Shown: positions 14,701 through 26,669 of the stretch, piece by piece
Layout of the letters: each line of letters begins with the position of its first letter
Numbering within the stretch: position 1 is the stretch's first letter
Assembly (NCBI GenBank): GCA_950097015.1
Contig: CATNEN010000003.1
Span: 11,780,001 to 11,844,000, forward strand
Direction of reading: 5' to 3'
DNA from: Macrostomum hystrix
Lineage: Eukaryota > Animalia > Platyhelminthes
DNA length: 64,000 nt
The notes under the pieces: model-generated
Database searches by the model: none
What the model saw: the letters and a program-made list of their open reading frames with translations, nothing else
Told to the model about the DNA's origin: nothing
Program-made: the position numbers and the translations under genes

Positions 14701-15681
14701 GTTGGTGAGGATCTTGGTTTGTGGGGATCTTGGTTTGTGGGATCTTGGTTTGTGGGATCTTGGTTTGTGGGGATGTTGGTTTGTGGGGATCTTGGTTGGT
14801 GGGGAGTCATGGTTGGTTGGGATCTTGGTTTGTGGGGATCTTGGTTTGTGGGGATCTTGGTTGGTGAGGATCTTGGTTTGTGGGGATATTGGTTTGTGGG
14901 AATCTAAGTTTATGGGATCTTGGTTGGCGGGGATCTTGTTTGATGAGGATCTTAAGTTTATGGGATCTTGGTTTGTGGGGATCTTGGTTTGTGGGATCTT
15001 GGTTTGTGGGATCTTGGTTTGTGGGGATCTTGGTTGGTGAGGATCTTAGTTTATGGGATCTTGGTTTGTGGGGATCTTGGTTGGTGAGGATCTTGGTTGG
15101 TGAGGATCTTAGTTTATGGGATCTTGGTTTGTGGGATCTTGGTTTGTGGGATCTTGGTTTGTGGCGATCTTGGTTGGTGGGATCTTGGTTGTATGAGATA
15201 ATGATCAAGATGATAGTCTTGGGACATAATCCAGCTGTACCCTCGAACAGTATGTTCAGAATGTTTTATAGTACGTTATTTATCCGAATCAATCAATTCC
15301 AGAACTACCCATGTTTCTGGCCATCAGTGAAGGGTCATGTAACAGCATTCGGCCCGGTGACAACTGTTCTAAAGGACGAATTCGATTGGTCCAACTGTGT
15401 CAGGGTGCAGCTGTGCGCGCTTAATAAGGTGCGTGGCTCGCAGTCAATAAAAAAATTTTGAACTATTTTTTACACTCTTTCCAAGAAATATTATAGGTTT
15501 TTCTATGAAATACTGATTGTAACTCTTTATGAATTTCAGATTATTTCTATGATTTATTAGTACACTTTAGTTTCTTATAAATGTAATTATCTTAAACGCA
15601 AGATTTAGAGTCTAGAATGGAGCGATCATTTTTCTGGCCGTTTAGATTTTGGTTTAAATGGAGTCAGGAGACTATCTCATT

Positions 15682-15716
<35 letters not shown>

Positions 15717-18509
15717 TGATTACACGTGCCCCAATTGGGTCAGATGTGCAGCCGACAGCACAGCCGCAGCTATTGCGCGGCGCATCTGAAGGCTGCGTAC
15801 AGCTGTTCAGTCCACGGACTGGGGGGACGCCACACCCACCTTCAATTATCCCAGCTGATGCTGGTACCCATTTAACAGCTGGGTGAACTGAAGCAATGCA
15901 GAGTTAAGTGTCTTGCTAAAGGACGCAAATTTTTCCAGTGGAGTCGGGAATCGAACCCCCGAACTTCAAGTCGTGAGTCCGACGCCCTAACCACTAGGCT
16001 ACAACCTCATTTTAACAAAAAAGTTCAATTAATTTCTAAGAAATATGAGCTTCTTAGAAAACGATTGACAAATCCATTTAAATGATATTTGTCTGTTTAT
16101 GTAAGTAAAGCAAATCAAGTCTGTTATAGTCATTTGTCGGTTTTTCTGTAGATTTCTAAAGATAGAAAACATTTATGGTTAAGTTTCCAGTTTTTGTGTG
16201 CCAATACTAAATTCTTTCAGAGATATCGATTTTCACCTGTTCGTGTCACTTAAGACAGACTCTCCATGAAATGGTGCTTTCAATCGATACTTTCAATTCA
16301 AGTTAAACCGCTTTCGGTTACGTTTTCTTTGACAATCGATTATATCGCTTTGAAAAAACGGGTTTTCTAGTGTAAGACTGATAACTAAAAGTACTAGCCT
16401 ATTTTTTACGAATGAAGAAACATCAATTGGTCTAAATGGTAAAAAGTAAATTAAAATAGTTTTCGGATATTATTGGAAGAGGATTATCAAGGGTGGAAGA
16501 GGGTTAAGAAGGGTGGAAGAGGCTTATGAAGGGTTAAAGAGGATTATGAAATATGGAAGAGGATTATGAAGGGTGAAAGAGGATTATCAAGGGTGGTAGA
16601 GGATTATCAAGGGTGGAAGAGAATTATGAAATATAGAAGAGGCTTATGAAGGGTGGAAGAGGATTATGAAAGGTGGAAGAGGATTATGAAGAGTGGAAGA
16701 GGATTATGAAGGGTGAAAGAGGATTATCAAAGGTGGAAGAGGATTATGAAGGGTGAAAGAGGATTATCAAGGGTAGAAGAGGATTATGAAGGGTAGAAGA
16801 GGATTATGAAGGGTAGAAGAGGATTATGAAGGGTAGAAGAGGATTATGAAGGGTGGAAGAGGATTATGAAGGGTGGAAGAGGATTATGAAGGGTAGAAGA
16901 GGATTATGAAGGGTGGAAGAGGATTATGAAGGGTGGAAGAGGATTATGAAGGGTAGAAGAGGATTATGAAGGGTGGAAGAGGATTATGAAGGGTGGAAGA
17001 GGATTATGAAGGGTGAAAGAGGATTATGAAGGGTAGAAGAGGATTATGAAGGGTGAAAGAGGATTATGAAGGGTAGAAGAGGATTATGAAGGGTGAAAGA
17101 GGATTATGAAAGGTGGAAGAGGATTATGAAGGGTGAAAGAGGATTATGAAGGGTAGAAGAGGATTATGAAGGGTGAAAGAGGATTATGAAAGGTGGAAGA
17201 GGATTATGAAGGGTAGAAGAGGATTATGAAGGGTGGAAGAGGATTGTGAAGAGTGGAAGAGGATTATGAAGGGTGGAAGAGGATTATGAAATATGGAAGA
17301 GGATTATGAAATATGGAAGAGGATTATGAAGGGTAGAAGAGGATTATGAAGGGTGGAAGAGGATTGTGAAGAGTGGAAGAGGATTATGAAGGGTGGAAGA
17401 GGATTATGAAATATGGAAGAGGATTATGAAATATGGAAGAGGATTGTGAAGGGTAAACGAGAATTATGAAGGTCAGAAGAGGAGTTTTAGCACTATCAAG
17501 CTCTTCGCTCATTGATGTGTTGACAGACCGGCCTAGTTCGAGCTTCCGCAGCGGCAGCAACCGCCGTAGCAGCAGCTGCGGCAAATTCAGACAGCCAGCG
17601 ACAGGCCAGGCCGCTGCTGCTGCTCTACCTCAAGAGCTGCTGGCAGCGGGGTCATCGGTCACCGTCGGCTAATCACGGCCTGCTAGAGATCGCCTGCATC
17701 GCGGAATTGGCTAATAAGCGCCTATCCGGAGCTAGCCCGATTCTGGTTGTTAGCGAGTTAGTAAATAGATATTATCTGCATGCTACTAACTTGTAGTCAG
17801 TAGTGTAGTATGGAAGTTGTATAACTTATCTAAACGCTTTGCCTGATTTCTCTAAATGCAGCAACGGTGTCTCTCGCTGCGGAGTGTTCTGTGTACTTCA
17901 CATGTCCATGGACAAGATGCGCCACGAGGGCGAGATTGACGTATTCAGGGCGGTGGAGAAAGTTAAGAGAAATCGGCCCCAGCTGATTGATAGTTTGGTG
18001 AGCGGGGTCAATATGCATAAATGCGATGAGGCGGATTGGAACCACTGTCTACTCTCGCGCTTACACGAGATACACGAGACACGAGATATATAGTACTCAA
18101 ACTTTCACCACAAAAGCCTTAACATATACAAATATTTTTGGCTTAATTCAGAAGCGTGCTTCAAAAATAGCAACAAAACTTCAACATTCTAAGAATTGAA
18201 ACAAAAGTGACGCAATTCTAAAAATAGCAACAAAATGACGCCATTCTAAAAATAGCAACAAAATGACGTCATTCTAAAAATAGAAACAAAATGACGTCAC
18301 TCTAAAGATAGAAACAATGGGAAACTTAGCACTCCATCGAAGTTCCATCAAATAAATTTCAGATCGAATATCAGCTGTGCTACTCCGTACTACAATTGCT
18401 AGTCGAATACTTTTTCGCCGGTAGAGTTGAGATACTGGAGGATCAGACAGTGCGATTGGTGGATCTGAACAATTTTCCCGTATCGTCCAACGGAAATAAG
18501 GATTTGTGA
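8724..18509 (+). CDS. Tandem-domain (D1-D2) protein tyrosine phosphatase, Drosophila Ptp36E-like; 5' end outside the window or not found
   Basis: Phase-consistent exons: 8724-8862, 11632-11725, 11804-11862, 11955-12089, 12221-12337, 12580-12734, 13182-13585, 14351-14427, 14520-14657, 15303-15428, 17527-17756, 17862-17997, 18363-18509 (TGA). Motifs: [42 protein letters not shown], linker [15 protein letters not shown] (Ptp36E-type), YIVTQWP, and D2 VVSDNGVSRCG. AATAAA near 18634. Confidence 0.92.
8916..9560. repeat. 24-bp intronic minisatellite GGATCAGAAGTTCATTGGATTATG
   Basis: Direct tandem array; it explains the [16 protein letters not shown] ORFs. Confidence 0.97.
10048..10530. repeat. 13-bp GTGTCTAATCCCA array (same family as 1-8440)
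   Basis: Same unit, located in the next intron. Confidence 0.95.
10985..11608. repeat. 25-bp minisatellite AGCCTGTTAGACAG(T/C)AGCTAACAAT
   Basis: Tandem array ending ~25 nt before the acceptor at 11631. Confidence 0.96.
12795..13032 (+). mobile_element. tRNA-derived SINE family B, partial and rearranged copy
   Basis: The body is the reverse complement of 31500-31680. A head fragment (GAGCTCGATTCCGCGGCGAGG) follows the body. Confidence 0.7.
13869..14220. repeat. 47-bp tandem repeat GGGATTTCCCTTAGTAGGGGAACCCTGGGAATTCCTTGAAGAGATTT
   Basis: About 7 diverged units, visible directly. Confidence 0.9.
14658..15190. repeat. 15-16-bp minisatellite GGATCTTGGTTTGTG(G) beginning at the splice donor
   Basis: Tandem array; its first unit overlaps the GTGAGG donor. 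Confidence 0.95.
15686..16008 (-). mobile_element. tRNA-headed SINE family A (CORE-like central domain), full length
   Basis: A box TAGCCTAGTGG and B box GGTTCGATTCC on the minus strand, a (TAA)n tail, and TSD ATTTTAA (15679-15685 / 16009-16015). Near-identical to 43901-44214 and 49664-49977. Confidence 0.9.
16475..17470. repeat. 20-bp purine-rich minisatellite GAAGAGGATTATGAAGGGTG
   Basis: Direct tandem array in a PTP intron. Confidence 0.97.
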
Positions 18510-19269
18510 TGCCACCGTAGTGTGAGACACCAAATTCACTTTTTGTTACAAGTCAAGTCAAGACAATCTCAATCTAATGTGTCTCAATTATTCTTGCCTG
18601 CAACTTTAAATGGATTAAAACAAAACAAACTCAAATAAATGAGAACATTTTTAGACACAGTAAAATTTACGTACGCAATGCTGATTGCCCGCTTTTAGAA
18701 GGCAGCAGAGAATAAGCAGCCTTCTATGAAAGAAGCAATTAAAATGATAACTTTTTTGACCATAAAAGAAGCATATACGTTACTATTATGATATTTATTC
18801 CATTTAAACTAAACTGTATTTATTTACATCACAATCGGTACAATAGAATTATATAGAGCGATATAATACTTTACCGTTTCTATAATGTTTTTGTATTGTT
18901 TACTCTCCAATCCTTGCTGTGTGCAATTCCAATAAGACAATAATGTACGCTCGTACGAGTACATGTAAAATATTTGTCAGTAAAAGTGTTAATTATATTA
19001 AAAACCTGCACACACGAACAGAAAAATATTAATCAAATCAAAGGTGTCCAATTGAGTTACCATCTACTGTATTATTCTGGAAGTCAGACTGTTTAACACT
19101 TGGTAAAATTTGGTGCTTAATCAATAGACTAACCAAAAATGTACTTTTATTATGTACTTTACTATTAGTGATTGCATAATTCTGTGTGACAGCGCTATTT
19201 ATAGAAAAACTACAACGATACAATCAGTACTTTATAAGAACATTTGTTAGGGACGAGACAATGAAAGTA

Positions 19270-19706
19270 GGGTGAGACAGACAATGAGGTGGGTGACAGA
19301 GACAGTGGGGTGGGTGACACAGATAGTGGGGTGGGTGACACAGACAGTGGGTGGGTGACACAGACAGTGGGGTGGGTGACAGAGACATTGGGGTGGGTGA
19401 CACAGACAGTGGGGTGGGTGACAGACAGTGGGGTGGGTGACAGACAGTGGGGTGGGTGACAGATAGTGGGGTGGGTGACACAGATAGTGGGGTGGGTGAC
19501 AGAGACAGTGGGGTGGGTGACAGATAGTGGGGTGGGTGACACAGATAGTGGGGTGGGTGACAGACAGTGGGGTGGGTGACAGACAGTGGGGTGGGTGACA
19601 GACAGTGGGGTGGGTGACAGATAGTGGGGTGGGTGACACAGATAGTGGGGTGGGTGAAACAGATAGTGGGGTGGGTGACAGAGACAGTGGGGTGGGTGAG
19701 ACAGAC
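19270..19706. repeat. 20-22-bp minisatellite GTGGGGTGGGTGACA(CA)GA(C/T)A
   Basis: Tandem array between the convergent 3' ends, possibly within the 3' UTR of the RRM gene. Confidence 0.95.
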
Positions 19707-20238
19707 ACTGCTAAATTAGTCTATTTTTTTAGGCAATATCAAAACACAATACTTTCAAACAGCACTTCTATAAATTTACGAATCAAACCGTTAAACAGCA
19801 GTTTGCGCAAATACACAAATAGGGTTGCAAGCATAAATGGATTTCAGAGCATTCAAAATAATGGAATTTGCAAATCTATCCACCAAGTTACATGGTTGAA
19901 CGGTTTCACACGGTTAGCTTAAAATAGGATAATGACACAACTAGGTGCAGATTTGCCATTCGTCATTCATAATGGTCATAGATAAATGATAAACTCAGCT
20001 TAACTGGAAATGCAGAATTCTAAAATCTAGTTGTTAATTTAGGCATTAATTTTCGTTACAGTACTACTAAAACTAGAGGGACAAGTAGCATGCTACGCAT
20101 TTACATTTCGAACTATTTATAATAAAAACGAATCCACATTTCCAGTTAAAGTACAAATATATAATGAAGTGCACAATATTGTCTGTCTTTCGGTGATTTT
20201 TGTTTTTTTAAGGAATCATTAGCCACTTTGGCTATCTC

Positions 20239-21669
20239 TTAGGAATAGTGCTGCTGCTGCTGATGGTGATGAGTAGGTTGTTGAGGACGCGGCGGGGCAG
20301 GCGGCAGCGGCTGTTGATGATACTGATGATGCGGAAGCAATTGTTGTTGACTGTAGCCCCAAGCGGCCTGAGTTGGGGCATAGCTAGCAACTAATTGATG
20401 ATGCTGCGGCTGCTGCTGAGGGTAATGAGTATAGTGAGGCTGCCTATAAGAGCCACCCGGATGATGATAGCTCATAGACTGCTGGTGCTGCTGAGGAATA
20501 TGCGGCTGGTGATGTTGCTGCTGATGTGGCTGCTGCTGCTGCTGCTGATAATTTCCTGCCGACGGCGCCCGAACTTTCATTTCATTCTGATCAGCGTAGC
20601 GTACCTTTTTAAAATAAAAAAAAGTTATTAGGAATTTAAATTAGATTTTTTTCTAAGAAACCAAGACATTTACTTTTTTTAAAAGACAGGAGGATTTAAG
20701 TGATGCTTTGTTTCCAGGAAAGAAGGAAGGTTTCCTGGAAAGGAGTGCTTCGGCTTATTCAAATTCAAACGCAGCTGTGTCTCTAGGTCCATATGGCATT
20801 ATGGATTCAGCAAAACTGGATTGTTTCTAAGAAAGTTTCTATGGCATTATATGTAAATTTTGTCTAAGTTTAATATGTATGGTCGAGAGAGGCATAAGAA
20901 GTTTATTCAGGAACACACGCACACAGGTGTGTACATCGGCCCTGAGGTTTTATCGTCAGGCAGTGTACACTTCAATGTGAATTCAGTGTACACTTCTCTC
21001 TACAACTGCGCCTCAAATAACCGTGGCTTTGCCGCGGAATCGAGCCCAGGACCTTGGTGTGAGAAGCACTCGTTAGACCGCTCAGCCACTCACCGGTGAC
21101 ACTAAATAACCAATCGCTTTAGTGTCAGACAGCTACAAAATGTGTGAAATCTAATAATAAATCACCTGAATAGGCGGCGAATCTGATCCTGGCCAAGATT
21201 TTCCATTCAGACCATCGATAGCCCGCTCGGCCGAGGATCTAGATTCGTACAGGCAGAAGCCGACACCCCGACAAGCGCCCTGTTGATCTAATAGGGCTTT
21301 GCAATTAATAACAGGCCCGTATTGGTCTAGCACAGTCTGCAGCACCTCCTGAGTGATCCAGTTTGGCAAATTTGATAGGCGCAATTTACAATTTCTAGTC
21401 TGATCGCTTCTTAATCTAGCGAAAGCAACTTTCAGTGTCTTATTGCCAATCTGTCTTCTATTGAGAGCTGTAATAGCCTGATTGGCTAATTCGTTGGTGT
21501 CATACTCGCAGAAGCCATAGCCGTAGCTATAGCCCGTGACATTGTTTCGACAAATTTTCACAGCTTTCACGCCGGGCACTTCGTTGTCAAATAATTGACG
21601 CAACTGTTCGTCAGACATATCCTGCGGCAGATAATTAACAATGAGATTGGTGTCCGAGTATTGTGCCAT
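20239..21669 (-). CDS. Sex-lethal/ELAV-family RNA-binding protein, two RRMs plus a Q/H/P/Y-rich tail (~289 aa)
   Basis: Exons 21669-21166 and 20604-20239 (phase 0, PIQ|VRYADQNE). RRM1 TNLIVNYLPQDM..TGYSYGYGF..LKVAFAR; RRM2 RGVGF..AIDGLNG. No third RRM. Likely 5' UTR acceptor at 21752. Confidence 0.9.
20913..21096 (-). mobile_element. SINE family B, internally deleted copy in the RRM gene intron
   Basis: The minus-strand head GGTGAGTGGCTGAGCGG...GGCTCGATTCC has A/B-box-like motifs, and the body matches 31570-31640. Confidence 0.75.
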
Positions 21670-24471
21670 TTTAACTTTTAATAGTAATGCTAATTATTGT
21701 ATTGCAACAATTCAAGATACGCTTCGTTGAATATCTGAATCCACTGTTGATCTGAAAGACGGCAAGGTAGTAATTGAATTTGAAACGAAAGGTAGCTAAT
21801 TGGCAATCATTAAATACTAAATTAGCTTATTGATGCTACTATTGTAAGTAGTACTTTTATCGTAGCTTTATTAAAGTTAAAGTAGCTTTATCAACCATCT
21901 TAGGTCCTATAGGAAAAAGTGGGAATTTTGCAGATGACATCTTGTGTACTTTAGTTTGTTGTGGGATGTAGATCTAGGATTTAGGTCAGTAAATCTAGGA
22001 TTTAGGTCAGTAAAAACAAAAACAATTCGATTTTGAGACATTTACTGAAACTAACTAAAGGCATTGTTACATCTGCTGCCTATGCAGATATACCAATATT
22101 TTTCAAGTCAATCGTAACATTTATTTGTTTGCATAGTTACACTACTGTGGAAGGGCAAGTTAAAATTTGTGACAGTTGCAAATTACATTATTTGAAATAT
22201 AATAAATGTTAATTTTGGACAATCTGTAATTTGACTTCTACGTAGGAAAATAGTAAAATAAAAATTTTCACTACTACTACAACATAGAAAAGAAAGACAA
22301 AATTTTGTTTCTATGCAGCAGTACTATGCAGCAGCAGAGCAAAATATAGTCACTTTTATAATAAAAAAGTTGTGTGATAGGTACTGATTGAAAATTAATA
22401 GTATCTGAAGATTTAGAATTATATCTTCTTTGTTAATAAAATGTTTGCTACATAGCATTTTATATAAACTTCATAAATAGACAAATCAAAAAGTTACTAT
22501 TAAGCTTCAAAAATACTAAATTCTTTGACTTGATATAAACTTAGGTACAAGTCAGGTATTTTGTTACTATTCAGTGTATTTCTATACTATATATCCAAAG
22601 GTTGGAAATGCTTTTTTCATATATTATAGGCCTCAAATTTTATACACAGAAAAAATCTAGATTTCTGAGAAGCTACCTATGTCATTATGAAAGCAAGGTA
22701 GCAAACAGTAAAACAATAAATCTGTAATTTGATCATTTGAATTTTGTCTTTATAGCATATTTATGTGCTTGAAATAAAAATAAGTGACAAGTTAAGCATT
22801 AGCTAAGACTAAGCCATAGAGAACCACACAAGTAATTCAGCCAAATTAATCCACCAATTACAACTAACCTTATAAATAATTTTCCACAATATATGCAGCA
22901 TATGAGAAGAAAATTATTAATTTCGAACCTGTTTGCAATGAATATTAAAAATGTTGATTGCCTTTTTATGTTCCATATGCCAAGCTAGCTAAAATATATT
23001 TGATTTAAGAGTATTTTTAGGCTTAGGGGCCTAATTAGCTACCAGAGTGTTGTTGACAAACATAAACTCTTTGTTCAAATTCTTTAACATTATAATGGCT
23101 TTCCAATGGCCTCAGTTTTACCTCACAGACTTTGTATGTAATAGTTTGAATATTATATTATTGGCTCTAGACTTAAATTAGCTCTAGAATAAGTATCCTT
23201 GGCACCACATGTTTCTAAGCCTATTGGAATAAGTGTAGAAAACCTGCAGACCACACAGGGTAAAAAATTGTAGCTCAAAAATGTAACACAACACAGAATA
23301 GCTATTTTAACTTGGTGTCAACCCCAAAAGGTCATTCAGTGCCATGAATGAAATGTACTACATAGTGCTGCAACAACACCTACCTTGACACAGCTTGACT
23401 CCACACAAGTCCACAGCAATGTGACATTGAAAAAAATGTGAAAATGCAATGGCCAGTTGAGTGCCAATTGTCTACTTATTTCAACACGGTTTCTAAGGAA
23501 GTTCTTAGAAAATTTTTAGAAACTTAGAAACTTAGTTCTTAGAAACTTTTCTAGCTTATTAGGCCCCCTATGTATCTTTATCCTATATCCTCTCATCACA
23601 ACATCAGTGATCATTAGATTAGCTAACAAGTTTGAAAAAAACATAAATTAATTAACCACAGTAAACTAGTCTAGGATGTAGAGCATTGCCCAACGTTGGG
23701 CAGCCTAACCACTGTACTATTTGTTGGCTTCCTGCCACTGGTAGTGTCAGCTATATGTAAAATAGTTGCATAGAGATAGCTGATAATGATAGCTTTGTGG
23801 CTTTAAATGTGTAATCGACAGTCACCTAACGTTTGTATGAATACCATATAGTATAATTTATAGATATTAAATTTAAATTATATTATACATGGTTTGCTTT
23901 GCTTGCTTCTTTCAGAAGCAAATCTTTCTGAATAGGCTCATTGACCTTGACCTTAACAAAAAGACGAATGGCAGGATGGCGATGATTATCAAAATAATTT
24001 GTTGAATAATAAAAGCAGCAATTTTTTCTCATGAAAACCTTATTCAGCACGTACTGTGTACTAATCTTACGGTATTTCAGAACAGAACAATTTAACGATT
24101 AGTAAGGCAACTAATGGTCTAATGGAGTACTGTTGCAGTTCGGCCTGGCCGATGATGATTTGCCATTCTATGCAATTTCCTGCAAAGTGCGAGATGTTAA
24201 AAGTTTACTTCAAGCAATTTATTGAAAATTTTGGCTTTTAAGTTTAAATTTTGCCAGATAAAAGTACCTGCAAATTTTTCCTTATGCAAATTTATGGTCT
24301 CTTTTGTTAAAATGCGTTCAGAATTTATAGTCAAATAAGTAAACATGCGCTTTTTTCAGTTTAGCTCAAAATATTTTGTCGCATGCAACGTTCTCTTTCA
24401 ATTGAATTGCAAATTAGTGAGAGGGATATCTTTAGTTTTTTATATTTTGTATTATCGTCTGTGAAAGAAAA

Positions 24472-25223
24472 ATGCCAAATTTTATTTGTTGTTCCTGTAA
24501 TGTAGAGTTTCCATACTCAAAGTTCGGGAAGCAATCAAGATACTTAAAAGCATCGATCGAGTAAGTTCTGTGTTACTTAACGTCTTACATATTCTACTTT
24601 AAGTAGAAAGTAATGTCTTTTTCATTCACCGTTGTTTTTTTAATTTCTAAGCGACTTTGTGACCTTCCTTGAAATTTTTTTTTAACTTCATGTGATGCAT
24701 TGTTGTCATCAATTGAACTTTGAAATATTTTCCCAAATGCAGACTCCTTGAAGACTGTTTCCTCTTGAAGGATCCCGAATCTGCGAACAGCGCTTGCATA
24801 ACCATGGGCGCAAACTGTTCAGTGTGCAGCCAGAGCGTGTGTATGCAATCGGTAGGTTGCCAGTGTTAAGGATATAGAAGCGAATTGGAAGCTAACTGTA
24901 ATTAATGACAATTCGCTTTTTGTTCCAAAATCTAGGGATGCTCAATCTACTATGCTAAACGATTCTGTTTCCGCTGCTTTGAAGATCGCATCGATCAGTT
25001 TCCTGACGAGATTCAGCAGGTAATTATTTGTTGAAAATTCAGAAATTTTAACTTCTAAACTTTATATAATAATTTGGATTATGCAAAAAAATCAATCCAA
25101 ATAAAACCTATTTAACCTCCAATATAGGACTTCCCTAAAAAGAAAACAAATCTAGGCAATGATGGACACGGCATATGCACTGAGCTTCCGATATCTCCAT
25201 GCAACAAATATGACGCATATTAA
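24472..25223 (+). CDS. CDPF1: Cysteine-rich DPF motif domain-containing protein 1 orthologue (~125 aa)
   Basis: Exons 24472-24560, 24743-24851, 24936-25019, 25128-25223 encode MPNFICCSCNVEFPYSKFGK...LLEDCFLLKDPES...GANCSVCSQSVC..GCSIYYAKRFCFRC....IDQFPDEIQQ. This matches the CDPF1 pattern FxCxxC..LLExxYxxKDPF..CxxCxxxVC..CSLFYxKRFC..FPxEI. Confidence 0.85.
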
Positions 25224-25685
25224 TGACTTATATTTGATAAAATCGTATCAAGCTTTGTGTCCCTGCTAATTCAAGCTGTAGAAATGCATCACTTCATTAT
25301 ATCAACTCTAAGTCCTACCTTATTTGATCCAAATATATTATACAGCTATTTGTGAACTATGAGTTGTAATGTTAGTTAGTAGTTCACTTTCAGTAATTAA
25401 AATACGGAAGTGATTGAGATCTGCGTATATTTATGAGGCATTTCAACTTCTAATTATGATTTACGAGTAGAACCAAATTTAGAACCTGTCCTACATCAGA
25501 TGTTAATATTTAGGTTGCCGTTACTGTGTATTCACTGCACCGTTCGTTCCACCAACCTTTAATTAAAAGTTTTCTTGATCTCACATCGTCGCTTGTATCC
25601 TTCCATAAATGTTATATTTTTACGTTACACTACATTATGACTTCTTGCATCAAATTTTCCATAAAATAATTCCATGATTTCATTG

Positions 25686-25925
25686 AGTTTACTTCAACTG
25701 ATGAGTCAGTGTTTGAGTCTACTTCAACAAATGAGTCAGTGTTTGAGTCTACTTCAACAAATGAGTCAGTGTTTGAGTGAGTCTACTTCAACAAATGAGT
25801 CAGTGTTTGAGTCTACTTCAACAAATGAGTCAGTGTTTGAGTCTACTTCAACAAATGAGTCAGTGTTTGAGTCTACTTCAACAAATGAGTCAGTGTTTGA
25901 GTCTACTTCAACAAATGAGTCAGTG
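25686..25925. repeat. 30-bp minisatellite GAGTCTACTTCAACAAATGAGTCAGTGTTT
   Basis: About 8 near-perfect units. Confidence 0.95.
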
Positions 25926-26669
25926 GTCATTCCTACTCTGGATACTGATAGGCACGAGACGCTTAAGTGACTGATTCTCAGAATCACAGTGTTTTTCCTG
26001 CGCAGTAAACAATGATAGTCAAATCTATTTTACAAAAATCTATTGGCCATATGCGCAGAATAACTATTTTAAAACTCGCGCAAGAAATGGCTGCACGGAC
26101 TTAAAATCTTCCTATACATAGATAAGATCGAGACAGTTGCATGGCTCCAAGCTGCATTGTAGCTCGAACGTGTTCTAATCTCGTATTTTTGCAACTCTAT
26201 AGAATGCCAGAAGCTGAAATACTCAGAGATTAGAAAGCACTTAAAACTTGTCAATCAACAACAATGCTAAAATGAAGACTAGACATTTGGTAGCTATGTA
26301 ACTAAAGCTCATTGCTGAAGATTATCAGAACATGTAGTTAGATTGCAGCTATATAGTTTCATTAATAGCTTCGTCGTCTAGTTGCATTTTTTGCGAAAAC
26401 TTGCAATGATAGCAAACACAGCTAGAGAGTAGTTGAGAGCAGATAGTTAAACGCTATACTAAACTCTTTAGTTTCAAATATTTGTAATGCAAGAATGACT
26501 GAGGATTGGGTTGAGTATAACAGCTAAACTACGCTTATACTTGTGGCATGGTTTATTATAAAAAAGCAGCCGGTTCCCACAACTTAAGCTATTTTTATCG
26601 TTTCTGCATGTACTGATGAAGGATGTTCTATAGGTGTCTTGGCGACTCTAATGTATGCGATAAATGGTA

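Noticed and set aside
16221-16320. Additional PTP exon after TCTTTCAG
   Set aside because: It has an in-frame TAA in the required phase, and exons ending at 15428 and starting at 17527 join in frame without it.
23687-23702. Perfect 16-bp palindrome TGCCCAACGTTGGGCA (also a 9-bp-stem hairpin at ~38414-38436)
   Set aside because: Single short occurrences with no TSD, and too short for a miRNA precursor; no function can be supported.
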